A stretch of DNA of 57,593 nucleotides, taken from Pelomyxa schiedti (taxonomy: Eukaryota; Protista; Evosea). A program made the translations under genes and the position numbers. Of the stretch, positions 1 to 23,878 are shown one piece after another (the first letter of the stretch is position 1; each line of letters starts with the position of its first letter). The stretch is taken from the NCBI GenBank assembly GCA_020536535.1, contig JAHLWZ010000757.1, positions 1-57,593 on the forward strand. The letters are read 5' to 3'. The notes beneath the pieces were generated by a model. That model was not told the origin of the DNA and ran no database searches. It saw only the letters and a program-made list of their open reading frames with translations.

Positions 1-570
1 CGGCCCTGTGCACCACCACCAAGAGTGGATTGCCCACCCTCACAGGCATTACAGAGCTTTCTTAAGCTCTGAGTACAATAAAAAAAACTTTTTCATTGAA
101 AATTTCTTCCTTTCTGTGCCCCGTTTGTAGCCACCAAATTTCTCCCACCCTGGAACTCCTAAGTGGCCCCACCTTGAGCATGCTCAAAGTCGAACAGTTT
201 TGATCACACTGCACTTTGTCCAAAGTGCGCACTAGTTAAGCAATTTGGAGCCTCAGTTTGGTTCCGATTCGAAGCTTAATTTGGGCAACTTTTGGAATTA
301 GGGTGTGTGTGCAGTCTCTTGGTGTTGTTCTCAGACTCCGTTATAGAATCTCAAAGGAAAAAAAAATTTTTGGGCCGCTCTGGAAATTAGGAATTTGAGC
401 CAGATGTGATCACTGGAGGGAGTAAACTTGAACGAAGGATGAATTGTTGATACTACTAGGAACCCGAGGAACCCAATCAATCAGTGAGTTCAATAAAGCC
501 CTGGGAATACCAACGATTCAACCGATTCGTTCAAGTCTACTCCCTTGAAAATTTTACGTTTTTCACCAAG

Positions 571-1763
571 TTACAATCCGGCTCGTTGCTTTTTTAACTC
601 GTTTGTTTTGTGGGATTTATACTTGTGGGAGAAAGTCTGGAGGTCGAGTTTATCCTCGTCAGATGACGAAGTCTTTTTTGTCTGACATCTAGATGAGCGA
701 GTGCACACACCAGTCTTGTGCACAGTGTTGGAATCTTTGTCTGGACCAGGCTCGACTCGTTGAGAGATGTCTTGAACCGAATGGGTGCAGTTGTGGTATA
801 CCTTGGCATTATCTGTATAAATCCAATACCCGGCTAAGGCGGAGGTTCCGTTTTGCTTTGGTTCTGGGGTTGCTCTGAACCAATGCAGATTTCCGTGGTC
901 TGATTAGGACTCATGGATTTGAAAATGAGCAGATACAAGGTGGTAAGAACCGTCACTGTGAGTCCTGCTGACATACTGTTAGCTAAAAAAACAGGGAAAG
1001 AACCTGCTCACTGGCTGAGATGCCACAACCAGAGTTTTCACTGCTCTCGGGCTGTGATACCAGTGGTAAAAATGGGGAGGGGGCCCACTCAGTATCCTTT
1101 TCATCGTCAGATGGAACAACAATAAGGGCAAGTTCTGGTAATAAGTAAGTAAATAGGAACTCAAGATGTTTGTGTTATACCGGCATCGATTTCCGCCTGA
1201 GTCCTCTCTCTTGCTGGTGGGCGATTGGGATCAGAAAATGAGTTCCTGATGTATGCATCCATATCGAAAGTCGCATAATGTGGTGCATAAGGAGATGCCG
1301 GCTTACTGGGTGATACATTCGCCTTAGTGGGTTGCTGGGGAGGTGTCTGTGGCTTAGACTGTGTTTGGGGTTGTGATTTATTGGGCATACAATACGATCG
1401 GAGGTTGCACATGAACCAGTGGGCGTGGGGGCACTTGAATCCGCGGGTGTGCCTGTGGCTGTGGCTGCGGCTGTGGCTCTGAATATGGCTGCAGCTTCGG
1501 TTGCAGTTGTCGCTTTGGGGTGTGGAGCAGTGGCACAGTGTTTAACTTAGGAAGTGGTGGCAGCGTGGCAGGATGTGAACTGTTTTCTGGGGGTGCTCAC
1601 AAAGTCGCAGATTGGTGCCGCAAACCGCCGGTGATTTCCGAAAAACAGAGCAAGTCCTGGTAGCGTCGTCCGCTGTCAGCGGTACTACACAGAGCGGAAG
1701 TAACGACTGGTCAACTCCAGTTTTCAACATCGTATCGAGGACCATGGTGCCCTGATGATCCAA
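571..1763 (-). CDS. Hypothetical multi-exon protein with a Pro/Gln-rich middle; start uncertain
   Basis: Minus-strand reading frames join through short GT-AG introns (e.g. gtattg..cacag, gtataa..accag, gtgagc..aacag) and end at TAA 571-573. No domain recognised. Confidence 0.4.
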
Positions 1764-2288
1764 GTCGTTCTAGTACTGTAACCTTCACTCAGCCTGTGGA
1801 AAGTGGTTGTTTGTGCATTAAGAAGTACAACTGTAAGAGTTGTTGTAGTTGCGTTATCCTCCCATCACCTTCTCCTCCCCTCGCGGTCCATTTCGCATTT
1901 CGATGGTTGTTTTTTCCGTTAAATTTTCGTAATTTCTTTCTAGTGTTGCCGAAAATGAACGAGAGTGGTTTAGGTGCGGAAGACAGACCGAGGGAGTACG
2001 ACAGGGAGGTAGGAGAGAATGGTGGGATTGTGGGAGTGAGCGACAGCGGTTGCAGCACGAGGACTGCAAGTGTACAAATCGATCCCACTGCGTCTCAAAA
2101 AACCTTGTGTGTGCACACGCACACGTTTTTTCGCGCTTTCAATGTGTGAGGTTTTTTTTTTTGTTGTGTTCCGCTTTTTTTGGCATCTGGCACACATATT
2201 GTTTATTAGTTTTTTTTTAAAACCAAAAAAAAGAAAGGACTTTTTGGAAGCCAAGGCATTTGTATCCGCAGCTAGAAGAGCACGGGCG

Positions 2289-4145
2289 ATGCATACCCCA
2301 ACCCATAATCTCCTTGCGCACATTAGGCAGCTGGAATTGAATGTCGGCACTTTGGTGGAAAAGGTGGCTGCCCACTTAACCTCTAAGTTGTGGCTTTTTT
2401 GCGTGTTCTCAAATTGTTTCCAGGCAGAGAATATCCGCCGCCAAAATGCAGTGTATGATAAAGCTACTTTCAATTGTAATGAGCAAATCGACAAATTGCA
2501 GCAGCAACTTGTTCAACTTGAAAGTCAAATCGAACTACTTAATGACAGACTTGTTCAAAAGGTACTTCTTGCTATAGCATACAATTAATGTCTGAGTGGA
2601 TTCAGTCTGAAGATGTACAACATCACCATTACGAACAACATGAAGCACTCACCTCACTCAAAGAACATTTGCTACAACTTCGGCAAATCGAACAAACATC
2701 CAACACACTTGCTGCGAATTCTCCCCCATTATCTGAGGGAAATGTAAAAAGTCTACCTATTGAAGTGTATCATAAAATAATGGGATTGGAGAACTCCATT
2801 GTGGTCTGCATGAGACTCTCCCTTTTCTATTTAATTTTTTTTCAAAGAGCACTATCCGGACAGCTATTTCTTTGGAACAAGATAAACTCGCTCTGCAAAC
2901 TATCTTAAAACAGGCTCAACAATTACACGTGGAGAATAAATCACCACTCCTCGACAATGCTTGCTCCATTGCTGCTAATCCTCAAGTCACCGCACTGGAG
3001 AGTGAGGTTGCAAACATGATTGATTTTCTCCAATTACAAACCCACGAAGATAGTAGATCTACAAGCCAAACTTGATGCTGTAAAACAAGAGAATTCTCTC
3101 ATGACAACAATGGAACGAGCAAAAGACAAAGCACTTGTGGACCTCTCACAAGAAGCTCAAAATACAACTGAAAGAGAATCAGAGATGCAAGAACTAATGG
3201 TATACATTTCTTTTCTTTTTTCAGGTAGTACGTACTTTCAAACTAATTTAAAAAGACAGAATTAGAATACCAAAAAAACCGTGTCCAAGATTTAACTGAG
3301 CAAAATACTACGTATTTGCCACTTAGGTTGGAAATACCTTTTACTAGTTATAATTGTGTAGAATTATTGCCGTCATCGATGCTCTGGACAGTAAAGCTAC
3401 TCAAGTTGTAGAAAATACCCGGCGGGTTATTTCCTTTGAAACATGGGACCGCGAAAGAACTTTTTTGCAGGTTATCTTGTCAACAGGTTAAAGTAGCCTC
3501 CAACAATAGCAGACAAAACTAAGAGCGCAGAGAGTAGCCAAGACAGCTCTGGAGCAAAAAATCTCCGCCTTGGAGCAGCGTTGTGACGAGTTACGTAGTA
3601 AAATTGGAACTGCAATAAGACCACTTCCCGCTAGGTTTCAATGTGCACTACCCTTTCTTGCTTTCTCAATGTGACAAATAGAAAGGTACCCAGTAATCTT
3701 TTGGCATCTCGGACCAGATTATCCGGTTCCCTTTCTTCTACTCTCGACGATCGCAGTACAATGCGCATGAAGCTAAAAAAGCTTCAAGCTGAACTAGCAC
3801 TAAAACGACAAGCTTCTACACAACGAGATAGCTTAATCCATGTTTTCCACTCTGATTGCAAAAAACCCTGCACAATAACTGATCCCAAAAAAGGTTCTAG
3901 AAACAAAAGTGCGTGCACTCTCAAGGGAATCACAATCCGTGTCCCAATCTCTTAAAAAGGAAGTGGCTGAGCAAGAAGCTGAAACAACACACTTGATACA
4001 ACAACTTCACCTCTCTCAGACAACACCCTATGTATCTCCGCACTTTGATTCCCACAACTTACTAACAACAAACCTAAACACAACACAAACCTTCACACAA
4101 CAGAGCGAAAACAGGATCGAGGAGCCCCTTGCGTCGTCATCCTGA
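2289..4145 (+). CDS. Hypothetical coiled-coil protein, multi-exon
   Basis: Successive plus-strand ORFs rich in E/Q/L/K heptads (QIDKLQQQLVQLESQIELLNDRL; MKLKKLQAELALKRQ) separated by short GT-AG introns. Confidence 0.6.
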
Positions 4146-4338
4146 GGGTTAAAAATAGTCTCACGAACTCGCTTGATTCGCAGCTTCTTTACAAACTCGC
4201 CGAAACTTCACGTGTACGAGAGAATGTGAATTTTTTTCCCCAGAAAGCCAAAGAAAAATCATTCGCCAAGAAAAAACAGACATTCGTCCCCGGCTCTAGG
4301 CAAAAAATCATAAAACAAATCTAACCGAGCTTGCAAAC

Positions 4339-8803
<4,465 letters not shown>

Positions 8804-8972
8804 ATTACTCGTAATTAAAAATCTCTCTACCTAGAAAGATTTTTTTCATCAGCCCAAAAAAAAAGGGTTTTTCCTTTTTGTAACTTATGTATTGTTTTTC
8901 CTCCTATTGTAACACAAAATTTGTTAGTGTGTGTTGGTTTGTGGTATTGTACTGGGGCTGGGGCATCTGGTT

Positions 8973-11900
8973 TCAGCGCCAAATGAGCAGAGCCGAACCG
9001 TAGCCCACAGAGGCCCACAGAGTGATGGGATTGGTACACACAAGACCGGCTGTTTCTGCAACTACAAGAGTGTGCAGAGGCCTGTGTTTGTGGATTGGGA
9101 GTGGTGGTGCCGGAGACGCGGTACTAGAGGAAGCTGTTGCTGCGGTTGTTGTTGCGGTGTCACTTCTGGGAGCTGCTGGTTCTGAAATTGTTGGTGTTGT
9201 GGAACTTGAACTTGTTGAGAGAGTTGTGGTGCTAGTGCCTGGTGAGGGTTGTTGGCGTTGGGCTGTGAGAACCTGCAAGCACTTGGAGTCGGTCCGATTC
9301 CATACTAGCAGTTTGCCGTCTTGGCGCAGGGCTATCACGAAGCTTGCAACAGTGCGAACTGCTACAAGGTTTGTACTTTGGTCTTGTTGAGGATCGCCGG
9401 GGGTGTCAATTGTGCCACCTCTCTTGATTCCACTGGGATTCATAACTCTGCCCGGAATTGAGCCTGGCGGAGTCTGAGCATCACCCCAGGGTTGCATCTC
9501 TGACTCCTCTGGCCTTTCAAAGTACTGAACAACGCCTCCACTGTCCACATCCAGAGAAATGAGTGAAGAACCTTGCGCAACTAAAATGCAAGATTCCGCC
9601 CAGACGTTGGCAATGCTGGTTACAGGTTCACTGGATAGGCGTATCACACGCATGAGCGTGAGGTGGTGTGTGTCAAACACTGTTATGAGGCCTGCTACAG
9701 TGCCGAACCACAAAGTGCCACAGTGTTGGGTGGCACATGTTGCGGTTCCGTCAATTTGAGATTTTGCTACCTGTTTATCACCATCCAGTGTTATTGCATA
9801 AGAAGTTGTTCCTGCATCAACAAGTACAAGTGCAAGAACAACAGAGGTCTCAAGATGAACAGGCATAATAAGTTGTATATGTGATGGGAGAGTAGAGGAG
9901 GCATCCTAATTTATGAGTATTTTTTAATATTTTTTGAAAAACTAGCAGAAGGCATGAACACACATTCTCAAAAAGGCTGGAACCTCTTTTAGCAACAGCA
10001 TGTGAAAGAACATCCACTCCGTATAGGTTCATATCTTCAGAGGAACATATTACAGAATTCCCCACCATTGCCATGCAGAAAATGGCTGAGGTGTGAATAT
10101 TAAGAGTGCCAGATAAATCACTGGTGTCACGGAAGAACATAATGTCCCCAGTATTTAGTCCAACCCAAATTTCACCAGTCCCGACTGCTGCTATACTGCA
10201 TATCTGATATTAAGTTAGTTGGAACTTTCCATTAGAATTGGGCTACAGTTTTTTCAACAGTAAGAATTGATGATGACAGATTTGCCAAAATATCAACGGA
10301 TACATTTCTCCGGGTACCTTTTTACATGTGAGTTGGTTCATTCTTTTTTGGGCAGGAACCTATCAAGTGGTGAAACTTAGGAAGACTTCCAGTTCTGGGG
10401 AGGGAACTCTTTATGGGAATAGGAGACGACTGCAGTTCCCCTTCATCCATTTCAAATGGAAAAATGTCTTCATTGACCAAGGGGCTATTGTCTTGGATGG
10501 GTGTGCTTGGATCAGAAAGAGGACAGGGAGTTTCTGGCATGTTCTGTTTTTGGGATGCTGGGCCTCTTCGCTTGGCCACTTGCCTATATTGTAGTAAATA
10601 TTTGCAGGTTTGCTGGAGGTCTTACCAAGCTTTTGCTGGCATATAGTCCTCTACAAGAGGGGAGGAGGAAAGTGGTGGGGTCGGCTCGCTACTGAGAAAT
10701 TAGCAAATGATGAAAGTGAAAGTGGGATCTCACCTGTGTGTGATATCTAGTGGCTCGGATGCTGGTGATACTTTGGTAATTTTTGTTGGATCCATAGTTT
10801 CAATATACAGGGAGGCAGATACAAGATGAGTGTAAAAACAAAAGCCTTCACCGTAACGTTCTTCCATATCAGCAAACCTACCAATAAATGTGGAAAAAGT
10901 TATGGAAATCATTGTTTATCAAATAGAATCAGGAACTATGGATATGATGTGTTGGAAATAATTCTAGCTAAATTGGCTTGAATAACAACATAAATAAATA
11001 GAGGCAAGAAGTCATCAGCCCCAGCAACACTACCGGAACTCTGCAAAGCATCTATTTATGGAATAAGTTGAGAAAACTCATGACTAGAAACAGCACAGAT
11101 GACTATTTTGCATGAATTCAGTATACAGGCTATTTTCTCAAAAGGAGTCACCACAGAATCAATAGCTTCCAGTTCTACAGTTCGTATTGTTACAATCCAG
11201 AGGAATGGAATTCATAGGAGACCTTGCATGGCAGAGTGAATTAAGCTTTCATCTATTGGGATCTTGATTTCCATAGTGTTCAGAGAAACAGTTTGCTTCA
11301 ATTTGGTAACTTGTCGCTGAAACTTGGAATCTTTTTCTTGAAATTGCTTTTTGAAAAAAATACTATTGCCAATTCAGTCATTACAACGGTACAAGAAGGT
11401 AAACCTCCGATAGAGATGGCCAAAGACATATCTCTTCATACTTGCTTTGGCTTTTACAAATTCGTTGGGTAGCATGTCACACCATGGAGGTTTTATTTTC
11501 ATTGTATACTCAGCTGAGGCCAGGAAATCATTTAACATTTTGGACTCATCATCCAGTGAAAGACCTTTGGCTCGCTTCTCAAATGTTCGGATAAACCTAT
11601 TTAATGTGATTCATGCTGCTCCCATGAGTGAGACTACATTTCAACAACTATCTTGATTTCTTTACATGGTGGCGTATCTAGAATACAAGAAAATGAGCAC
11701 TCAGGCATCTCTACATCAGTCCAGTATACATCCTAAAAAGGCTTAGATGCGACGTTTTCTTTGTCTGGAGTTACTTTATTTTTAGAGCCTTTCACTTTCG
11801 TAGGTTTAATGTCAGGAGAGCTTACTTTCTTTGTTTTGGCAAGGTTTTTTTCCTTAGCTTTAATTAATTTCAAAAAAAAAAAAAAAAGGAACTTTGGCAT

Positions 11901-13812
11901 TGTAACCCCAAGAAAACATACCTTTTTCTTCCGTTTTGATTCTTCACTGTCTGAACCCCTTCCTGTCTTGGATTCTGTCTCTGTCTGCTGAATATTAGAA
12001 AATACGCTACTTCCGTAAGACAGTTTTGACCTTCTTCCCTTTATCTGCTTTGGATGGACAAGACTGGGAACGACATTGTGTGGGTGATTGAGGAGCAACA
12101 TCAGGTTTGGGTGGAGGAGTCATGGGGGTGGGTGAAAAGTCGCTAGGGAGTTGAGGGCCTTGTGGTAGGGGCGCCTCACTTTGTTTCGGGGGTGCAGAAG
12201 CACGAGGAGAAAGGGAATTTGGAGGGGGTGTAGACGGAGGCGGTACAAATTGAATATTCTTTTCTGGAGGGGGAGTACTTGGAGGAGCAGCAAGAGGTGG
12301 AGGGGCAATAACGGGAGGAGGAGTGCTCGGTGGAGCAGCTAGAGGTGGAGGGGCAATAACTGGGGGCGGAGCTATCGTTAATCCTGATATCGATGGGAGA
12401 CGAACAGGTTGAGTCTCGGTGAGTTGTGAAGGTGTTCCTTGATGCGCTGCAACTGGAGGAGGCCTAGGAGGGGGCATTAGTGGTACTGACATGCATGGGG
12501 GTATCATTGGAATCAGCAAGGTAGGAGGTGGTGTTACGGGAGGCATTTTCCGAGGGGAAGGTGAGACTGTTGGAAGTGAAGGAATGTTAACTTGTGGCTC
12601 TGGAGGATTGGTTTTTTCTACTGTGGGTACTGGAGGAGGAGGAACTTCCACAGGCAATTCAGGTGGCGGGATAAATATTGGTGGAGGAATAGAGATATCT
12701 GCTCGCGGAGATAACTGGGAAGGGGGAGGCAGTACCAGAATTAAATCTGTTAATGGTGGAGTCTCAGGAGGTGGTAGGATCGCAGGGAGCCGTGGCGATG
12801 TAGAAGGGGGAGTTGCAGGAGGTGGCAGTTCAGGAGGTGGAATTTCAGGAAGTGGTAAAATTGGTGGTGCCGGAGGTGGGGGCGTTGGTGGTGGCGCAGG
12901 CGGGGGTATTGACGGAATTGACTCTGGCTGGTGTGGGCTTGATTCCTCAGGACTCCGAAATGGCCGCAAGGCAGGGGGAAGTGGGGATATAGGAGGGGGT
13001 GGAGACATGAATTCTGGTGGTATTGGTGGAGGAGTAGAGGGTGGAAGCCCTAAAAGGTGAGTGGTTGAACTTATTGATGGCGGCGACTCCGTCTTGGGGT
13101 GTTGGGGTGCCACTTCTTGAGGGGGTGACGAGTCTGCAGTTTCTTTGGAGACGTCGGTCCTCGAGTGAGTTAAAAGTAGACGCCTATCCCGAGAGGTTGT
13201 ACGTGATAGCAATGGGGACGCAGAGACGAAACTACTGCTCTGTGGGGAAAAAGGAAGATCAAACAGGCCTAAGGTAATTCAGTTACCTTTTTTGTGCTGC
13301 CAAATTTGGATTCGCTGGTCTCGGGGCTGCTAAATTCCCCAGAATCAACGGGGTGTGCATTGGGGATAGCTATAGGATTTGATGGAGAAGACAGAGGTGG
13401 GCACCTGGAACCAACTTTAATAGTGCACTTTCACAGAGATGGAAGTAGATACCCTCCCCTCTTTGTGTGTTCAGAATACATGGCAGCGAATGTCAATTTG
13501 GCGCTGTTTCTAACAAGAACTAAAGACCCAGGACAAGCCTGTCTGTTTGGGGACCAGCAAAATTTATCAATCAAGTGCACCCATAATCTAGCATCTTCAC
13601 CAACGGCTCTTATCCTCCTGCATGTAGCACAAACAGCCAGCAAGTCTAGTATGAAATTGTCAAATTATGACAAATAGCCCTATAAGAATTCCACATCCCT
13701 ACAAACTAAAAAGAAAAAACAAAGCAAAAAAAAGTGGGGAACAAACAAACGTACCCCGTAAAGACAAGTACAAAAAGCACCTGACCAGGAGGTCGTTGGA
13801 CAATTTTTCCAT
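8973..13812 (-). CDS. F-box + proline-rich + helical bundle/VPS9 (Rab5-family GEF) + WD40-like repeat protein
   Basis: Spliced N-terminus MEKLSNDLLVRCFLYLSLRDLLAVCATCRRIRAVGEDARLW (F-box); 400-aa Pro-rich exon 12007-13212; VPS9 motifs TPFEKIACI, GADDFLPLFIYVVIQAN, GEGFCFYTHLVSASLYI; C-terminal WD-like strands (EIWVGLNTGDI, LWFGTVAGLITVFD, GKLLVWN). The junctions examined join via GT-AG introns. Confidence 0.8.
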
Positions 13813-14249
13813 TATGGGGCAGCTTACGAAGGGTCAGCAACAAAAAAACAAAAACAGAAAAAAAACCGTACACCGGCTGTGCAGCCTTGTCTTTTTTTTC
13901 TTATCGTGCACGTTCAGTTCGGGAAAAATCTTCACGAAAACAGCTTTGGGCAAAGGATCAGACAAAACAAAGCCAGATCCGCTGATTGATCGCCTTCATG
14001 TGAGATCCTTTTGCAGCAGAATCCCAACGCAGACCAGCTCTCACATACCTCTCGTGCCCAGTCAAGATACACATTCCTCTGGAAATTGGAGCCTCGAATT
14101 GCCTCAATGGAAGGACCGTTTTTTTCTCTTTCTTTTTTTATGAAGTGACAGATGCACAGGCAAAGTAATTCGCAGAGGAGAAACGAAACGCCCGTCAAAA
14201 TCGCGCGAATCAATCAAAAAAAAAAAAGAAAAAAACCGTCTTGTGCAAG

Positions 14250-21718
<7,469 letters not shown>

Positions 21719-21773
21719 AAAAGAATGAAAACAAAGAATCCTATCCTTCACGTTCCTCTCCCTTTTTCATCAC

Positions 21774-23675
21774 TCACGATTTTTTTGGGGGTAGTACGAT
21801 CCTAGGCCTGGTGGGTGGTACATTTGAGGCCGAGGTTGTTCTTTCAGCAACCTTTGCTTTCCCATCATCTATCATTGCCACGAAATCAGCCAGAAGAGCT
21901 TCCAGGTCTGGTCTGATGGCATCATCAACAGCAGTAACAACAGTACTAGAAGCAGTGCTTTGTTCACCCGAGGTCGTCACTGTTGTTGCTGGTGTTAGGA
22001 ATTTGGCCTTNNNNNNNNNNNNNNNNNNNNNNNNNNNNNNNNNNNNNNNNNNNNNNNNNNNNNNNNNNNNNNNNNNNNNNNNNNNNNNNNNNNNNNNNNN
22101 NNNNNNNNNNCCAGAAGAGCTTCCAGGTCTGGTCTGATGGCATCATCAACAGCAGTAACAACAGTACTAGAAGCAGTGCTTTGTTCACCCGAGGTCGTCA
22201 CTGTTGTTGCTGGTGTTAGGAATTTGGCCTTGAATTCTGCTATGAATGCGGCCTTGTCTTGTTCAAGTGGTTCTATGCTGCGGTACATTGTTGGGCATGG
22301 AGATATTCTGCGGTAAATAGGGCGGAAGGCTTGCTCTAGGTGGTCATATCTGTTTGGGGAGTGAGTGATTGTCATTGGGAAGTGTAGTAGCTTACGCGGT
22401 TTTGACTGTGCGGTAGCCAGAAAAACAGGGAGAATCGGCGGGAGCACCTTGCGCCATTCCAACGAGTGCGACAGCCATGGATTCAATAAGAACCCTGAAG
22501 GAGCAACATTGCTTCCAAGAGTTGGGAATGGCCTTGGGGAAACGCCATGGATGAGACACTCTAGCTTACAGGAGAAACGTTACCTGGGCACCGTAATAAG
22601 CACCAGCCAATTGTCCATAAATTGCAGCAATTGTGTCCGCATCATCACCAAGATTAGCGGCAGTCAAGGCACCTTCCTCGAAAGTTGAAGTTTTATGGAA
22701 GGCCCACAGCGCAGCTTCCATAGCTTTGATAACATATCCACTAGCCACTATCTCTAATAGAGACATTAGATGAACAACAACCAAGAGAGGAAAGTGAAAA
22801 AGAAACCTGGAGGATTGAGCGATTTAAAAGTGCCGTGTGCTATTTCTTGTACTTCGGGGCAAAGTGGTGTCTCGTCCCACAATGATGGTGTCACAGGACA
22901 GAACATGTCACTATCAGAAACTCAGTAAAACCTCCTCCAGGAAGCGCTCCAGCGAGTAGAGAGCACAACTAACCTCAAAAGAACTTCCTTAGTGGCACCA
23001 GAGAGTGCACCAATGATCAACCCAGCATAATATCTGCAAGAATCAATAGAAATCTGTGACCCATGAGTCGTTCTTGCAGACTCACCAGAGGCATCAATTG
23101 CAGCCACTACAGCTCCCCTGTTACAGACAGAAATGGAAGCCGAAGCTGTCCCACAATTGCCACCACCAAAGGCACCAGCGGCCAGATGCAGTGGAGCCGG
23201 AGCCAGTCTCATTAAACATCCGTTTCCGCTGGCATTTTCCCCAGTAGCTCCAGAGTATCCGATCTTGGACTTTGCGAACCGATTGAGCGACTGTCGTACG
23301 GTCATCCCGATGTCGAAGCACGTGCCCGTGGGGCTAAGGTGGCCCGATTCGTACCACGATGCGTAGCGCACCAAGTTGTCCACCAGATCCAGCCGACCCT
23401 GGTCCAGGATGCTCTCGGCCATGCACAAGGCCATCGAGGTGTCGTCGGTCCACTGCCCCGGCCGAAGTCGGAAGGGTCCGCCTCCCACAATTGTGGTCAG
23501 GGGTGTGAACGACCCCACTTTCTGGAACTCGAGCGTCGTTCCAAGTGCATCACAGACAGCCAACCTGGGTTTTTTTTTTGTTGTGTTAGCAACCTGCGAG
23601 GTAGTCGGTTGGAAGGAACACCAACCCAAGAAGAGAGCCCTTGTATTTGTCACTGAGGGCAGGTGATGCAGCCAT
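21774..23675 (-). CDS. ADP-ribosylglycohydrolase (DraG/ARH family, bacterial type) with a C-terminal extension
   Basis: Spliced start [25 protein letters not shown]; [16 protein letters not shown]; CFDIG; [11 protein letters not shown]; EAALWAF; [22 protein letters not shown]. Confidence 0.92.
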
Positions 23676-23878
23676 CAAATTTCTTTTTGGTTAATTTTTT
23701 TCTTGAAATGTGTCAATGTCGCGTCACCCTTTGAACTTGTGGAACGACGTGACGAACGAGAAAGCAAGGAAAAAAAGAAAAGTTGAGAAAAGGAGCGGAA
23801 ACCCCGGCGTAAGTTCACTTGTGAAAGTCTCAAACAACAAGGGGGTTTTTGTTTTGGTTACTAGTGAGAGGAATTCCT

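Noticed and set aside
11447-11656. ORF-track entry MAFTNSLGSMSHHGG labelled as minus strand
   Set aside because: That peptide reads on the plus strand (ttg gct ttt aca.. from 11447) and is only the antisense shadow of the VPS9 helical-bundle exon.
12491-13060. Gly-rich 189-aa plus-strand ORF
   Set aside because: Antisense shadow of the polyproline exon.
21774-23675. DraG-type nitrogenase regulation linked to PFOR/NifJ
   Set aside because: There is no nifH or draT in the window, and the ARH family is widespread outside diazotrophs.
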